IMG/VR virus record: IMGVR_UViG_3300047678_000239
Span: 33,159-97,158 of that record
Length of the DNA: 64,000 nucleotides
Direction: 5' to 3' (one strand)
Source of the DNA: a virus
In this document: one piece after another, positions 47,536 to 56,450 of the stretch
Position numbering within the stretch: the first letter of the stretch is position 1
Layout: every line of letters starts with the position of its first letter
Notes under the pieces: generated by a model
The model's database searches: none
Seen by the model: only the letters and a program-made list of their open reading frames with translations
What the model was told of the DNA's origin: nothing
Position numbers and translations under genes: made by a program

Positions 47536-49821
47536 TTATGGGGAGAATTGAGCGCCAGCTGTTTTATTACCATCTATGAAGATGGTTGTGGTCGAAGAAC
47601 CAGCATCTGTAATAGCGGATGAATTATTAACACCTGCTCCGGAAGAGCTCCAACTGTCGAAGAAGTCGAATCCATTGACCGCTGTAATTGTTGGGAACGT
47701 TCCAGCTGCTTTAGAGCCTCCACCGAATACACTACCATCTCCAGAAGCAGATGTTGAGAGTGTATAATTAGGTGTAGCTGGATTTGCTGGAGAATATGAT
47801 GAAACATCAATTTCTAAATCAGATTCACCTTCCGTTGACCTTCCGGCATAGAAAGTAGCTGATGTTCCTGATGGAACCACATTTGTCAACGCTGTTCCAT
47901 CTGGAGCTGCTCCGTCGAGGTCTATCCCATAAGAAAGGACATTTACAGACAATGGATTTGTCCAGCTCTTAGCATATCCTCCCATTGTATTATCAATAAC
48001 TGCGACATATGGAATTGTGCATCCACTTGGCATACCACTCAAGACGATGTTTGCATCGAATCCAGCTCCTCCACCAATCCAATTTCTTGCACCGTATCTC
48101 AATGAAGCATCATTGAATACACCAGGTCCAGACTTCGTAACAGTTGTTTTTGTGTTTGGATTTCCACTTCCAACACTAACATGCATTTGAATGTTGAATG
48201 AAGAACCATCCGTTACTTCGGATGTTGTTAAGTTAAATGTGAATGGACCATAACCGGACACATTTCTAATGATTGAACCATTCTTAGTCAAAGTGATGGT
48301 CATACTATTAATGAACACTCCACCAATTTGTCCAGCATCTTCAACAACAACTTGAACCGTTGTTGAGCCAGCTGTTCCGGTCAATATGAATCCAGGAGAA
48401 CAGGAGTTTGGATAACGTGGTAGATTTCCTCCAATATAGTTTGCACTTCCAAACAACCAACCATTGAATACGCCAGTTGTGTAAGAGAATGGTGGAATTG
48501 GCGTAGGAGTAGGTGTAGCCGTCGGCGGCGGCGGAGTTGGAGTAGGAGTTGGAGTAGGCGTAGGCGTAGGTGTAGCCGTTGGACCCGAAGGGGTTGGAGT
48601 AGGCGTAGGCGTAGGCGTAGAACCAATTGGAGTAGGTGTAGGCGTAGGCGTAGGCGGAATTGGTGTAGGCGTAGGAACAGCCGCGGCGTAAATGAACTGT
48701 TGATAATAACATGCTCCGATGCTCGATACCGCTGACAACACTCTTGGTAATCCTCCAGCAGTTCCAGAAGTTCCATTGTAACTCGATGTAACGTAAACAA
48801 AACTTCCTGCAGGAACCACTACTGAACCGGATGTTGGATTGAAAGTAATACTTGTTGGTCCACCAGCAACTGATAAATTAGCAATAGCAGCAAAATCAGT
48901 ATTACTATTAACCAATCGTGTTATAGAAGATGTAGCATAATTTTCGGTGAACGTATCCGAATACAAGCTCAAACCATTTGCCCATTTCAATGGTGTATAA
49001 GTGGCTGACTTCGATGTATAGACAGTTGGTGGTGTGGAGAAAGCGGTTGTATCTGTGAAATCAACAATTTCCAAGAAACCAATCGTATCACTTGTAAAGA
49101 CTCCAGCGGTTCTTCCTAAACAATTGATTTGTCCGCCGCCTATGAACGTAGCGTAATTGTTAACTCTATCTCCATTCAAATCATAAAAATATAGAGGATT
49201 TGTTGAATTCGGCATGGTGGAATTGGTCGCATCGTAGAATCTAGCCTTGCCGGTCGAAAATTGATTTGTATTATAAACCTGCAACAACATATCGTTGACA
49301 GAATTAATTTTAGCGTAACCTTGTGCGCTTGTGAATTGAGGACCAAAACCACCAACCTTGGTTATCGTAACTGTCAATGAAACTTTTTCGTCGCTTTGGC
49401 AACTTGTTCTAACTTGATGCCAACCTCCACCAAATTCAGAAGTTACAAATGATAGAGAAGAACCAGAAGTCGTTGTGATTGCTGACGCTGAATCAAATTG
49501 AACCCACAGCGGTCTAGCTGCGGTAAACTCGTAACCGGGTGTATTAACCACAACATCAACTTTGACGATTGCCGTTCCACTCAACAATCTGAAGCGTAGG
49601 TCAGATGAGTCAGCGGACGATGTTCCGTATTGAACGGTTGAAGTTAGGGACAAGCTCTCAAATTGGACAACCTCTGGAGAAGGAATTTCAGACCAACCGA
49701 TATTCAACGTGTCATTGAATTGCTTGATGTATGCTTTTCCTTCATCGGTGGAAATAACTGTTCCAATTGTTCCGAAAACATTACCTTCTGGTGAGCCGTG
49801 GCTTGGTAGTCCGTTTGTCAT
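47536..49821 (-). CDS. virion-type protein (putative fibre/decoration) with Pro-Thr linker and C-terminal B-repeat-like domain
   Basis: GSPEGNVFGTIG...AYIK...IGW; (PT)n; YTLSTSASGDGSV.GGG...FDSWS...GNKTAGAQF. Confidence 0.65.
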   Translation of the reverse strand: MTNGLPSHGSPEGNVFGTIGTVISTDEGKAYIKQFNDTLNIGWSEIPSPEVVQFESLSLTSTVQYGTSSADSSDLRFRLLSGTAIVKVDVVVNTPGYEFTAARPLWVQFDSASAITTTSGSSLSFVTSEFGGGWHQVRTSCQSDEKVSLTVTITKVGGFGPQFTSAQGYAKINSVNDMLLQVYNTNQFSTGKARFYDATNSTMPNSTNPLYFYDLNGDRVNNYATFIGGGQINCLGRTAGVFTSDTIGFLEIVDFTDTTAFSTPPTVYTSKSATYTPLKWANGLSLYSDTFTENYATSSITRLVNSNTDFAAIANLSVAGGPTSITFNPTSGSVVVPAGSFVYVTSSYNGTSGTAGGLPRVLSAVSSIGACYYQQFIYAAAVPTPTPIPPTPTPTPTPIGSTPTPTPTPTPSGPTATPTPTPTPTPTPTPPPPTATPTPTPIPPFSYTTGVFNGWLFGSANYIGGNLPRYPNSCSPGFILTGTAGSTTVQVVVEDAGQIGGVFINSMTITLTKNGSIIRNVSGYGPFTFNLTTSEVTDGSSFNIQMHVSVGSGNPNTKTTVTKSGPGVFNDASLRYGARNWIGGGAGFDANIVLSGMPSGCTIPYVAVIDNTMGGYAKSWTNPLSVNVLSYGIDLDGAAPDGTALTNVVPSGTSATFYAGRSTEGESDLEIDVSSYSPANPATPNYTLSTSASGDGSVFGGGSKAAGTFPTITAVNGFDFFDSWSSSGAGVNNSSAITDAGSSTTTIFIDGNKTAGAQFSP
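48491..48677. repeat. 6-bp repeat encoding a Pro-Thr linker
   Basis: (GGNGTN)n. Confidence 0.9.
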
Positions 49822-49822
49822 A

Positions 49823-51031
49823 TTAGTCTCTTATGTAACCTTGAAAATCAAACGAGCATACATTGTCTCCAGACATAGTTACGAATAGTGTTTTGTCAGC
49901 GTGAGCGTTTCCAAGGGTCAATAACTCCAATGTGTTGATTCCATAAGAAGCACTTACAGATGCAACGCGATTATTGAAGAATGACCCCGTTCCACTTGAG
50001 CCAGTTGATGGAGCTGTTGGAGAAGAACCTAACGATAGTAAAGGCTTTGCACTTGAAGAAACGACAGCCGAAGTCAAAACATAATTTCTTGGAAGAACAT
50101 CTCTTGCGGTTCCGTTACCGAGATAGCCAGAAGACGAAACAAAGAATCTTAAATTGAACTCTTTGCGAGGATTTGTTGCCAACGCTCCAGAAACAGGTAA
50201 TAACAAGTGATACCTTCCGCGAGAATCCAACCACTGAGAAGGTTCTGGATTTAAATTGGTTGGAATATAAGAAGCGAGCAATGTCGAATCGGCTTTTGGA
50301 CCTGAGAAGAATAATTCCAATGAACCCGATGGAGTCAATGCTCTCGACCAAATTTGGGCTTCGAAGATTGTGCAAGCAACATTGTTTGTTCCGCGAGATT
50401 GTCCCATTACAACGTAACTTGAACTGATTGCTCCAAGAGACGCTGATGGATTGGTTACTGAGGAGGCAACTGCTGAACCATTGATGAAAAAATAAGGATA
50501 ACCACCTGAGTTAACAAAAGTGATGTGCGTTGTCTTGTCCCAATATCCGTTGAAGAAATTTGGAATGGTTGCTGTCTTTGCAATGGTTCCGTCATTCATA
50601 TAACCAACAAGGTCGGAATTTACGATACCAATGTATGCTGAATTTCCTTGTTGAGCCGAAGTAACCGGACTTGGGCCAACACCAAAAATAACTCGGTGGC
50701 TAGAATCTGAAACGGAGTGTGAACTAGCAAACATTCCTCTTACAGAAAGAGAAAAATCTCCCGTTCCCAATGACCTAAACGGAGAATAACAAGTTAAATT
50801 GTTGGTGTTACCGACCACCGATTCATCGAACCAAAGACCGTTTGAGGTTTGATATGGAGAATAGCTCGGAGAGATTACGGATGCTAAATAAAGGCCGAGA
50901 TTTCCAGCGGTGATATGTTTCGTTTCTCCGGTTGGAGAAGTTGTTGCACTAACGTCAACAAACGGAATCATGTCGCCGGCTGCGACTTCGCTTGGTAGGA
51001 TATTATTTAGTCCGGTAGTTTTGGTATTCAT
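49823..51031 (-). CDS. virion-type protein with LamG/ConA-like domain
   Basis: GDMIPFVDVS..GETKHIT; LGTGDFSL; FINGS; IFEAQIWSRALT; late motif at 51063-51070. Confidence 0.6.
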   Translation of the reverse strand: MNTKTTGLNNILPSEVAAGDMIPFVDVSATTSPTGETKHITAGNLGLYLASVISPSYSPYQTSNGLWFDESVVGNTNNLTCYSPFRSLGTGDFSLSVRGMFASSHSVSDSSHRVIFGVGPSPVTSAQQGNSAYIGIVNSDLVGYMNDGTIAKTATIPNFFNGYWDKTTHITFVNSGGYPYFFINGSAVASSVTNPSASLGAISSSYVVMGQSRGTNNVACTIFEAQIWSRALTPSGSLELFFSGPKADSTLLASYIPTNLNPEPSQWLDSRGRYHLLLPVSGALATNPRKEFNLRFFVSSSGYLGNGTARDVLPRNYVLTSAVVSSSAKPLLSLGSSPTAPSTGSSGTGSFFNNRVASVSASYGINTLELLTLGNAHADKTLFVTMSGDNVCSFDFQGYIRD

Positions 51032-51074
51032 CTTGTCGAGCCTATGATTGGTATTTTACACCAATAAATATGGT

Positions 51075-51839
51075 TCAACTGAGCTTTTTCACCTTTTTTG
51101 TAATGAACCTAACCAGCTTACTTCTTACAATATCTTCCTCTGTAAATTCAAACGTATATATTCCATTCTCTCTACTTTCTTCGTCATTGAACAAATTATA
51201 AACGTCTTTGAAGCCGGAACGGTTAATGTCCGCTTGAGAGGGGTCACCCAACAAAAACAGCTTACTAAATTCTCCAACGCGTGTCATCAGTGTTATGAGC
51301 TCCTTCCTTGTGCAATTCTGCATTTCATCTCCAATGATTGCCATAGCATTCCAATTTAATCCTCTCAAATACCCCACCGGATGTGCTTCAATTCTCTCTT
51401 CATCGTTTAGTTTCTTTACATCTCCAGAAGAAAGAAATTCATCCAATTTATCAACAAGAGGCTGCCTGTATGGAGACATTTTATCATTTTTTTCTCCAGG
51501 TAAAAATCCAAGTTTAACATCACTGCTTTCAACAACGCTTCTGACATAAACAAGGTCACTAACTCTTTGTTTATTCATCAATAGCAGAGAAGCATAAACG
51601 GATAAGAATGTCTTCGACGTTCCTGCTGGGCCGGAGACTACCAACATCTTTACTTTGTTATCTAAAGCTAATTCAACAAACTCTTTTTGTCTTGGTGTAA
51701 GTTCTCGATTGAATATGTTGAGAGGAACTTGTAATTTTGAGTTTTGATGAATAACCGGTGTTTTGTCTACTTTCGCTACACCGGACTTATCTGACTGCGT
51801 TTTTTTCTGTTTTTTATTCTTACCTCGGTTTCTTGCCAT
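51075..51839 (-). CDS. phoH: PhoH-family ATPase
   Basis: GPAGTSKT, LGFLPG, YLRG, DEMQN, TRVG, GDPSQ.D, DIVRS. Confidence 0.9.
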   Translation of the reverse strand: MARNRGKNKKQKKTQSDKSGVAKVDKTPVIHQNSKLQVPLNIFNRELTPRQKEFVELALDNKVKMLVVSGPAGTSKTFLSVYASLLLMNKQRVSDLVYVRSVVESSDVKLGFLPGEKNDKMSPYRQPLVDKLDEFLSSGDVKKLNDEERIEAHPVGYLRGLNWNAMAIIGDEMQNCTRKELITLMTRVGEFSKLFLLGDPSQADINRSGFKDVYNLFNDEESRENGIYTFEFTEEDIVRSKLVRFITKKVKKLS

Positions 51840-51840
51840 A

Positions 51841-52215
51841 TTAGATTAGATTTATTGATTTAAGTTTCTTATCAAATTTTGGTATTTTTATGAGCTGACG
51901 AACTTCGTGGATTTTTCCACACAATTCGTAATTTTCGGTAGACATGGCAACGTCAAATAAATGATTCAAATTTTCCTCATAATCGGTTTTTCGAATCATT
52001 ACGATGTATCCACTACCATCAAATTCAACAACTTCAACGGCGTCGTAATTTTTCTCAATTCCGTATCCTATAAGTTCTACAACTCTATGCATCAATTCAT
52101 TTCTATTTTTGTCGATGAACGTCTCCATCTCGATATTTGCCGATGGTAGAACGAATACGGATGGAATTTTCTTTGCGTCCGTCTTCCTCTTCTTGGAGCT
52201 ACTAGACTTCTTCAT
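51841..52215 (-). CDS. hypothetical protein with UVR-like C-terminal motif
   Basis: AMSTENYELCGKIHE; late motif at 52222-52229. Confidence 0.6.
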   Translation of the reverse strand: MKKSSSSKKRKTDAKKIPSVFVLPSANIEMETFIDKNRNELMHRVVELIGYGIEKNYDAVEVVEFDGSGYIVMIRKTDYEENLNHLFDVAMSTENYELCGKIHEVRQLIKIPKFDKKLKSINLI

Positions 52216-52286
52216 TCTGTCTATAAATATCGAAAATTATCTCTTTAATCTGTTGATAATTAATTTTTGTGATTATACGTATAATA

Positions 52287-52583
52287 ATGGAACAAAACAA
52301 ATCCCCATCTATACTTAATCAAGCTTCAAGTTTAGCAACTGCCGTAATAAATTGGGCCAAAGAAGACTTTGCAAAAGTTCCTGCTGAAGTATTGGAAAGT
52401 AGATTATCGATTTGTCTCCAGTGTCCTCACTGGGACAAATCAGCCTTTGCTGGAATTGGAAAATGTCAAGTATGTGGATGTTCTGCTGGAAAATTATACA
52501 TGCCACATTCCAAATGTCCGTTGCCGGAACCAAAGTGGTTCCCATATCAGGAAAAGAACCAAAGTGGTTCCTTTAGTGTTTGA
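52287..52583 (+). CDS. small Cys-rich (Zn-binding) protein
   Basis: RLSICLQCP...CQVCGC...KL...KCP...KW. Confidence 0.7.
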   Translation: MEQNKSPSILNQASSLATAVINWAKEDFAKVPAEVLESRLSICLQCPHWDKSAFAGIGKCQVCGCSAGKLYMPHSKCPLPEPKWFPYQEKNQSGSFSV

Positions 52584-52749
52584 CCTTCTTCGGACAGGTT
52601 GAACAACTGTTCAACGCTTCAAAACACGGCGTGCAGTATTCTTTGAGAGTTCCTACAACCCCAAACTGCTCATAACTGGTCATGTTTATGACTTTCTTAA
52701 TGTCATAGCACATTGGACAAATGGTTATCAAACCACTCTTAGACCTCAT
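52573..52749 (-). CDS. small Cys-rich hypothetical protein
   Basis: CPMC, CTPC, CSTC. Confidence 0.4.
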   Translation of the reverse strand: MRSKSGLITICPMCYDIKKVINMTSYEQFGVVGTLKEYCTPCFEALNSCSTCPKKVKH

Positions 52750-52792
52750 TATAAATTCGGATTCACAGATAATCACGAATATAAATAGGCAC

Positions 52793-52822
52793 AAAAAATG
52801 GGAGACCAGTTACAGTCTCCCA
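52793..52822 (-). terminator. intrinsic terminator
   Basis: TGGGAGAC-N8-GTCTCCCA followed by a T-run on the minus strand. Confidence 0.7.
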
Positions 52823-52838
52823 TTTAGTTCGAACTTTA

Positions 52839-53090
52839 TCAGTTCAATTTTTTCTTGTTTCCACGCTTTTTCTTCGCGGTCACAACTTCTTCCTCTTCTT
52901 GAGGAGCTACCGGAGCAGCAACTTTAGTGCCCTTAAGCGTATTCAAACGCCTACGAGCGGTATTCTTCCATCCATTGCGGGTGGACTGACTGGCAAACTC
53001 GAAAGTTAGACCAGTGTTAAGAAGGTCAGTGACCTCCGTTTCAGAAGTAGCAATAGCAAGCTTCTGTCTTAGACCGAGTGTATTACTCAT
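52839..53090 (-). CDS. small basic hypothetical protein
   Basis: 83 aa, overlaps the upstream ORF. Confidence 0.65.
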   Translation of the reverse strand: MSNTLGLRQKLAIATSETEVTDLLNTGLTFEFASQSTRNGWKNTARRRLNTLKGTKVAAPVAPQEEEEVVTAKKKRGNKKKLN

Positions 53091-53304
53091 TGTTTACTTC
53101 CTCCGTTTGGACTTCCCTGCGGCGCCATTTCATTTCCCGAATGTGAAGTCGAGAACCATCTGGCCAACTGGTGAGAAGCTTCTTCCAGTAGTCATACTCT
53201 GGACGAGCCTCTGCCTCTGTAGAATACTCCGAATTTGAAACTCGGAAGTCATTCCTAAATACTGCGAAGGTTTTCTCCACAGCATTTTCATTTGGATTAC
53301 TCAT
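53083..53304 (-). CDS. hypothetical protein
   Basis: 73-aa ORF. Confidence 0.65.
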   Translation of the reverse strand: MSNPNENAVEKTFAVFRNDFRVSNSEYSTEAEARPEYDYWKKLLTSWPDGSRLHIREMKWRRREVQTEEVNNE

Positions 53305-53337
53305 TATGTGTATATTGAGTGCTTGGTTTATTTGTTA

Positions 53338-53838
53338 TTAATTGAATTCGTCAAACCACGAAACGAATTCATTAAAATTCTTAACATCAGTCTTGTGTGT
53401 CAGCCCAGCTTTTTCATCAAACCACTGAGCTCCCACAAACTCTCCGCTAACAATAATTGTAACCGTGTGGTATCTGTCTCCATATTGGATATGATATTCA
53501 TTTCCACAAGCACTTTCGCTAGAAACAGTCTGCTGCTTTTCAGCCAAAAATTTTCTAACGTTGGAAAGTGTGGTCAAATGCTCTCCCATTTTTCCTTTGA
53601 TTTTTTCAATTTCCGGCGCTAAGCGAACGGATGGAGGAATGGGTTTGGCCTTTTCATATTCGGCGATGAGCTTACGCTTCAATTCATCATCGGAGATACC
53701 GCCAGCAGCATCAAACTCATTTGTATCAACTGTATTCTTTACAATTTGTAGAACAGCAAAAAGCTGTTTTTCATTCAAACCTAACAAATAATCTTTGATT
53801 AGGTCGGCATACTTACCCTGAATAGATGGATTATTCAT
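53338..53838 (-). CDS. hypothetical protein
   Basis: ATG overlapping the upstream stop. Confidence 0.65.
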   Translation of the reverse strand: MNNPSIQGKYADLIKDYLLGLNEKQLFAVLQIVKNTVDTNEFDAAGGISDDELKRKLIAEYEKAKPIPPSVRLAPEIEKIKGKMGEHLTTLSNVRKFLAEKQQTVSSESACGNEYHIQYGDRYHTVTIIVSGEFVGAQWFDEKAGLTHKTDVKNFNEFVSWFDEFN

Positions 53839-54043
53839 TGTAGTTTCGGTAAGCGAAACTGTCCATACGAACAAGTTCATCTTGAAGGTCGTGTTCCGTT
53901 GGTTGAACTAAGCCGGGAATTCCAACCAACTGTTCAGTTTCAACCTTTTCTTTAACAACTGGCTTTTTCTTTCGAGAAGCCATCGTTTTCTTGACCAATT
54001 CTTTGATAAGTATGGTCTTGTTTTTTGGTTTAATTTTCGCCAT
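53831..54043 (-). CDS. small basic hypothetical protein
   Basis: Preceded by TTGACA-N16-TATATT at 54054-54081. Confidence 0.6.
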   Translation of the reverse strand: MAKIKPKNKTILIKELVKKTMASRKKKPVVKEKVETEQLVGIPGLVQPTEHDLQDELVRMDSFAYRNYNE

Positions 54044-54088
54044 TGTAAGTTTTAATATACCAACAGTTTATAAAATGTCAAGAATTTT

Positions 54089-54367
54089 TTACTCTTTGTC
54101 TAAGAAGTTGTGTATGACCAACATAGATACTGCCAATCCAATCCATGTTTTGAAGTCATAACCCCAAGGAAGACCAAGATGTTGCCCAATCCAAATAAAA
54201 ACGAAGGGCCAAGTGACTGCATTGAACAAACCAACAAAGAGCATCAAAAATATTAACGCTCCCATACTCATACCCTTACCATCAAGCGTCACCGTTAAGA
54301 GAAGCAATTTGAGCTTAACCTTGTCAGGAACCTTGGATTCGCCTTTGTATGTCAATTTCATTCTCAT
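54089..54367 (-). CDS. small membrane protein
   Basis: Hydrophobic segments; TTGACT promoter upstream. Confidence 0.55.
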   Translation of the reverse strand: MRMKLTYKGESKVPDKVKLKLLLLTVTLDGKGMSMGALIFLMLFVGLFNAVTWPFVFIWIGQHLGLPWGYDFKTWIGLAVSMLVIHNFLDKE

Positions 54368-54420
54368 GAATTTGAACCGTTTTTATACAACAGTCAAACA
54401 AAAAGTGAAGATTCGACTTT

Positions 54421-55263
54421 TTATAAAGAATCTGGGATGTAATTTTTTACCAATTCCTGTAGAGCCGGCATTGACGCGTCCTTCTGTGCTTGAAAATCAA
54501 AACCAGGACTTTTCTTCTGCTGGACGCCTTGGAGAGCCGCCAGCTGCTTTTTGGCGAGAGGATTGATGTGTTGTTGTGCCATCAACTCCTTTTGTTCAGC
54601 ATCGCTTCTTGTTTCTCCGTGTTCTCCACTCAATTCGTCATAAGTGTATAAGTGAACTTTATCAAGAAACTCATAAACAATTTCATTTGGTTTCAATCCA
54701 TAAACATCTACGAGTTTAAAAATGGTAGTCAAGTAAGGATATGTTCTTTTCCTATTTGCCCAAAAACTAACCACTCTCTCTTCTACCCAAAATCTTCCCA
54801 TTATAAATCTTGGGTCGGTTTTTGAAATGGCACCATCCAAAGGAATCATTTCATCCATTGTTTGAAGGTAATTAGCCAAATCGTTTGCTCGTTTGATGTT
54901 CAACGTATAAATCTTTCCTTCGGTTGAACCTGGCCCAACATCCACATCAGCAGATGGTTCAAAGCTGGCACCCTTTCCGTCCATCGCATTATACAAATCA
55001 AACTTCTTAGGTCTTCTCCAATAATGGACAATTTGCTCACCCATGTCAGGATGAGTCATAGCGAAATCATCTGAATCAGCATAGAGAATTTCTTTGGCAT
55101 CTGTATCAAGGATAAATGTAATCGCTCCTGGCATATCAAAATAGGCCACTTGCATGTCCCTTGTGTTGAATCCCTTTGCCTTTAAGGTAGTTACTTGCCC
55201 TGGCCCGAGATGAATCCTATTTGGGTCTTCGGTTAGGAGATTCTTGAGAAGCATATCTTTCAT
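54421..55263 (-). CDS. hypothetical late protein, possible head-packaged internal protein
   Basis: N-terminus MKDMLLKNLLTE; late motif at 55272-55279. Confidence 0.65.
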   Translation of the reverse strand: MKDMLLKNLLTEDPNRIHLGPGQVTTLKAKGFNTRDMQVAYFDMPGAITFILDTDAKEILYADSDDFAMTHPDMGEQIVHYWRRPKKFDLYNAMDGKGASFEPSADVDVGPGSTEGKIYTLNIKRANDLANYLQTMDEMIPLDGAISKTDPRFIMGRFWVEERVVSFWANRKRTYPYLTTIFKLVDVYGLKPNEIVYEFLDKVHLYTYDELSGEHGETRSDAEQKELMAQQHINPLAKKQLAALQGVQQKKSPGFDFQAQKDASMPALQELVKNYIPDSL

Positions 55264-55335
55264 GTTATCTCTATAAATATTGTAAATCCTTACATTAGAG
55301 ACAATAAAACACTATCATTTTTATACCTCAAAATC

Positions 55336-55370
55336 TTGACAAATCGGACATATTATGTCAGTCTTTGACA
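55336..55370 (+). promoter_or_regulatory. sigma70-like promoter, leaderless arrangement
   Basis: TTGACA-N17-CAGTCT-N6-ATG. Confidence 0.55.
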
Positions 55371-55591
55371 ATGACTAAAAAAGAAAGATTGAAAAAAGCT
55401 GGACTTTATGCTCTTCTTGGGCTTCCCTTTATGTCCTCTGGCTCATTTGTTTCCTCTCCCATATTTTAAATTTGGGTGAATGGGCTATCATTCCAATGCT
55501 GTTCACCGGCATTGTTTCAGTTATCGCTTCGGTTTTCATTACAGCAAAAATCGGCAGTCAAGATTATCTCGACCTCTGGAGAATTTACTAA
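55371..55591 (+). pseudogene. small membrane protein with one frameshift (or sequencing error)
   Basis: Adding one T at ~55430 gives MTKKERLKKAGLYALLGLPFYVLWLICFLSHILNLGEWAIIPMLFTGIV...DLWRIY. Confidence 0.55.
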
Positions 55592-55834
55592 GTGAAATAT
55601 CACATCGTTCAGAAAGGCCCTCTGTTTTTTCCACAATACAAATACAAGTATTGGCCTTTCTGGCTGTATTTTAAGCCAGAAAACAAGTTTCAAAAGGTTG
55701 GCCGCTTTTCAACGGAGTGGGAAGCGAGCTGTCGTATCAAGTCTGACGCCAACACGAGAAAGCGTCAGGCTGATGCGAAGGTGGTCAAGAAGATTATTCC
55801 GCTTGACCCTTTCAAAGAAGAGAAGAAGGGTTAA
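55592..55834 (+). CDS. hypothetical protein
   Basis: GTG start immediately after the upstream stop; YWPFWLY. Confidence 0.6.
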   Translation: MKYHIVQKGPLFFPQYKYKYWPFWLYFKPENKFQKVGRFSTEWEASCRIKSDANTRKRQADAKVVKKIIPLDPFKEEKKG

Positions 55835-56082
55835 ACCTTCTTTTCGTCTTTCAGAACGCTGCGGCAATATTTGACCGCAGCCCATCCAGACAAGAACGGA
55901 ATCCACAACGGAGACGTTACGGCCAGCGCTACAAACACGCCAAGGAGAAATACTCCGGCGATAATCAATGCCGCAAAAATGGTGGCCATTGAAATAACCA
56001 CACCTTTGATAAGGATAGGTAGAGCGATGATGGAAGCAAGAACTGCTCCGATAATAATGAGGGTTTTGGTGAGTTTAGTCAT
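55831..56082 (-). CDS. small membrane protein
   Basis: Hydrophobic; TSPLWIP. Confidence 0.6.
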   Translation of the reverse strand: MTKLTKTLIIIGAVLASIIALPILIKGVVISMATIFAALIIAGVFLLGVFVALAVTSPLWIPFLSGWAAVKYCRSVLKDEKKV

Positions 56083-56176
56083 ACCATAAGAACACACCAA
56101 ACCCGCGGAAGTTTCAATTAAATAGAGAAACGCCGAGAAGGTTTTTCTCTTATATATAAAGTCCCACGATAACCAA

Positions 56177-56234
56177 TCAAATGTTATCGCTTAAGTCCCA
56201 AAAAGAGGGTTAAGCGTTCAAATGTTATCGCTTA
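56177..56234. repeat. 17-bp direct repeat TCAAATGTTATCGCTTA x2
   Basis: Copies at 56177-56193 and 56218-56234. Confidence 0.8.
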
Positions 56235-56450
56235 TAATACGCCCGGCGACTTGACTGGAGTGATAGGACGGCTCAGAACGGTCTGGTAACCGTTGCGGGC
56301 GTCAATCTTATCCTTGACACCATCAGCGACCAAAGACGCAGCAGCTTGGTTGTAAGTGGGTTTGGTGCGGTAATCCGTTATCATACCATCAACCACTTTT
56401 TTTAACTCAGCCATGTTCACTTTGTTGTTCATGGCTATAAGTATGGTCAA
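56232..56450 (-). CDS. hypothetical protein
   Basis: 72-aa ORF coupled to the HNH gene. Confidence 0.55.
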   Translation of the reverse strand: MTILIAMNNKVNMAELKKVVDGMITDYRTKPTYNQAAASLVADGVKDKIDARNGYQTVLSRPITPVKSPGVL

